Assembly (NCBI GenBank): GCA_010909165.1
Contig: VJWM01000313.1
Span: 1-64,000, forward strand
From: Anthoceros angustus
Lineage: Eukaryota; Plantae; Anthocerotophyta
Direction: 5' to 3'
Length of the DNA stretch: 64,000 nt
The notes below the pieces were generated by a model, which was given only the letters and a program-made list of their open reading frames with translations, had not been told where the DNA came from and did no database searches. Within the stretch, counting starts at the first letter, position 1; each line of letters starts with the position of its first letter. The position numbers and the translations under genes were made by a program. Positions 60,901 through 64,000 of this stretch are shown one piece after another.

Positions 60901-63900
60901 GTTAGAAATAATAGTAGACCACGTTGGTTCTGTACCAATATGGTTAGTCAGCTAGACCTAGCAGTTAGTATAGGTAGTTAGCTAGGCTAGCGAAAGGACA
61001 CACCCCTTGCGAGACCACCTATAAAAGCCCACCTATGAACACACTTGATTCATTGTTAATATAGCATCTTTGCTTAAGGCGGCTTCCATGCAATTCTAAC
61101 TTGGTATCGAGCCACGGGGCTCTTACCATGGTCTCTAGATCAATGGCTGAATTACGAATGTGTCACTATCTAGGTGAGCAATGGATGAAGCTCTACACTC
61201 GCTCATGGATAGAAGCATTAGATAAATGGTTCTTGATAGCAGTTGGAATGAAGACCACCATTGGAAATTACAATGTCTTTGTCGTCGCTTTCATCTAGCG
61301 TGTGTGGGCTCACCCATGTCTTACACTAAATCTAGACTCACTATTCTTATAGGATTAGATTTAGTGTCCTACAATTTTTCCTTGAGAAGAAATGAAAAAA
61401 AAAAAAGAAAAGCATGTTTCTATTTTTTTATCATATTTATCTATTTTAAAAAAAAGGAGATTTGATAGGGTTCTCTACATAGGTTTATAAGCATGGATTT
61501 GTGTTTAGGGGAAGGCATTCAGCCTTGCTCCTTCTTACACATTGCTCTTCTAAGCTTTACTCCTCCACCAATTCAAGCAAGACTCACTTCTACACACCAA
61601 CATGGCCAGAAATCGGCGCAACACTGCTCATTCTCGGCGCTTTGGTGATGATGTGGAGCGTGCTCAAGGGCAATCATTTCAACGTAGGAATTCACGGGGA
61701 TTCGGATGGCGGCACCTCGCTACTATCAATCCTTGGACAACTTCACGGATGCTTTGATCCAAGCTTTGGATAACGGTGGACTCCCCAGCTGATCGGCTCA
61801 CAATCGTCGTGGTGGGATCAATCAATCCAAGTCATCACAATCGCCAACAAAGGAGATTGCGGGAAAGATCTGACGTTGGTTTCTGGATTCCCGGTAATTC
61901 CTCACCTTGCGGGACATCCTCAAGGTGCCATGAAGAACAAGCGTCTCTCGGAAGGATTTGTCCGGCCTCAATTCGCTGGAAAATTACGCTTGGGGAGGCG
62001 GCGATTTGATCGTCACCAAGTTTCCCCATCCACCTGTCGAGAGGAGGCGCCCGATTCAATCAGCCCGCGCGCCCCATCGGTCAGTCGAGAAGGTGGAGCC
62101 GGCCCCAATTCCTCGGGGGCGGATGCATAGCGCACGGCGCGGCAGCAGCGCCCACCCCGTGAGCGGCGTCAGCAACCGCCCGGCCGCGCCACGGTCGCGG
62201 CCGCCAGCAGTGCCCAACTTAAGTTGGGCAACCGCTCAGCTGGGCCGCTCGCAGTGCCCTTAAATTGGGCGCCTCGCGGCGATGCCGCGACAGGCTGCCA
62301 CCCGTTGGGTTAACGGGGCGCCCGTTCAGGCGGCGTGCGCTCAGCAGGCGTGACCCGTCACCTCCAGCGGGGCTCGGTTCTTTTCTTTCGCTCCATTAAT
62401 TGTTTTCGGGCTCTCTTCCAAAATTAGTGGCGATTTTGGTGGCGATCCTTCTCACTCCAACGGCTCTTGGCTATCAAGTGTGCCTCCTACACCGATTTCA
62501 ACAACATCGTCAATACCTACCGTCATAGCTTTTAAGGAGGAACCAAGATCGTCTCCTCTCGACTTTGGAAGCTGCCTACAAGGAGTTCAAGTACAAGGCC
62601 CAAGCCCAGCTCACTCGAGCAACGCTCTCTCCATTATCAAAATCTTTGGCGATCGATCACATCAACACTAATCTTGTGAATTCTTTGGAAAATTGGCATT
62701 GAGTCAGCTTTGATAGGCGAGTGCTGGAAAACAATTTTGGAGCACGGGATCCGGTGATGCGTTGTAGGTGGGTGGTAGTGTGTTTGCTTTGAACTCTCTG
62801 GAAAATTTTTGCTCACACTACGATTTGTGTTTTGAGCCTTGTGTCACAACACGCTCGTTTACACAATTGTGGAGCCAAGGATTTGACCATGTCGGAGGAA
62901 CTCCACCACCACCGCCACCTCCGCCATCTCGGCTCACGTAATTAATGTTATGAGCGTCTCTCGACTTCAAAGAGAGATAGGTTCAGCGGGACCAAATATG
63001 AGATTTGGTCTCGGCGGATGAAAACGGCTCTCAACACGCGCGATCTTCTCCCCGGTGGAGGTGTTTCCCCAAAGCCTACCGCACCTCGATCGGCGATTGA
63101 TCGTGGCTCAAGTTGGATCGTCAAGCCATGCAAATGCTGGTTTCGGCCTTGGCGAAACCACCTTGCATCACAAGCGGTCGACTACTTCAGCGAGAGGCTT
63201 GAAGCGGATCAATGACATCTGCTCGATCAGCGAATGTGATGACCTTGGTCACCGTCCGACAAGAGTTTTACACTCTTCGGATGCAACAAGGTGATAGTAT
63301 TGCCCATCACGTGAGCGATTCGGTACCTTGGGCACAATTGGCTGCACTCGGGACTACAATGTCTGAATTTGATGCTCTGTCCGACCGGCTAGCCTTCCGG
63401 CTAGTTATCGATCGTTAAATCTCTTCCCAAAACCGATCGGTCCGGACTTCACAGCGGCGGTGGCGGTGGTGGACAATCCACCTAGCGTATCGAGCTTTGG
63501 CGCACTCCTTGAGGAGGAGGCATCCGCTTCAACTCGGCACATCTAAACATGGTGGAGGCGGTGATGTTTGTGACTCGAGGGGCGGTCACAAAATCAACAA
63601 CGAAGAGAGAATAACCCGGAGAAACAACAACTCCGGCCCATCAAAAGGCTCCTTACGCCTCTTCCTCCTCAAGCACGCAAAGCGTCAAAGGGGCGTGCAA
63701 TTGGTGTCGATCACCGACCCTTTGAGGCCTTGAGTGCGGGGAAGAAGCGGTGAGGTGAGGCCAAAGCGTGAGATCAAGGCACTAATAATTTTATCGTCTC
63801 CAAAAGGCCAAGAACGTCAAGTCAGTTGCCTTAACCGTGTTAACCCTTAACATAACCGACTCCACCCTCATATCGAATTTCGTCCACGGCCGGAATGGTC

Positions 63901-64000
63901 CCGTCAAGCTTTCTTCTTTATGGGATACAGCCATACTTTGCACCCCCCCCTTTGTTGAGGACATCATTGGCGCTCTCTACCAGGAAGAACAGGCTCGCAC
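60901..64000 (+). mobile_element. Second Ty1/copia element: 5' LTR, PBS, long leader and gag; runs off the window
   Basis: LTR gttagaa...ttctaac (60901-61100); PBS tggtatcgagcc at 61102. Gag-like FSGTKYEIWSRRMKTALNTRDL and EFYTLRMQQGDSIAHHV at ~62980-63320. Continuity of the leader is not proven. Confidence 0.75.

Noticed and set aside
63780-64000. Possible second gag fragment (FVEDIIGALYQEEQAR) or a new insertion at the window end
   Set aside because: Too little sequence to define boundaries.

Overview
Land-plant nuclear DNA, mostly nested transposable elements; the SAUR gene and Ty1/Ty3 content indicate a plant, and a fern, lycophyte or bryophyte is only a guess. A ~30.5-kb-period tandem duplication (1-~21.1 kb vs 30.5-~51.4 kb) carries two copies of a SAUR-family gene, each flanked by minus-strand Ty3/gypsy elements with very long, ORF-containing LTRs. 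Inserted into the gypsy elements are a Tnt1/Tork-like Ty1/copia element (two copies), a 3.6-kb solo LTR (two copies) and, once only, an 8.9-kb TIR-bounded DNA transposon (21157-30087). That transposon is the standout. It has a Sola-like (DUF7869-type) DDD transposase on the plus strand and, divergently, a cargo gene with a ParB/Srx-like domain followed by a bacterial-type beta-class N4-cytosine/N6-adenine DNA methyltransferase domain. Almost all ORFs are broken by small indels, many at CAG/CTG, which looks like long-read consensus error at methylated CHG sites, so 'pseudogene' status is provisional. All protein calls come from motif recognition by eye; no searches were run.
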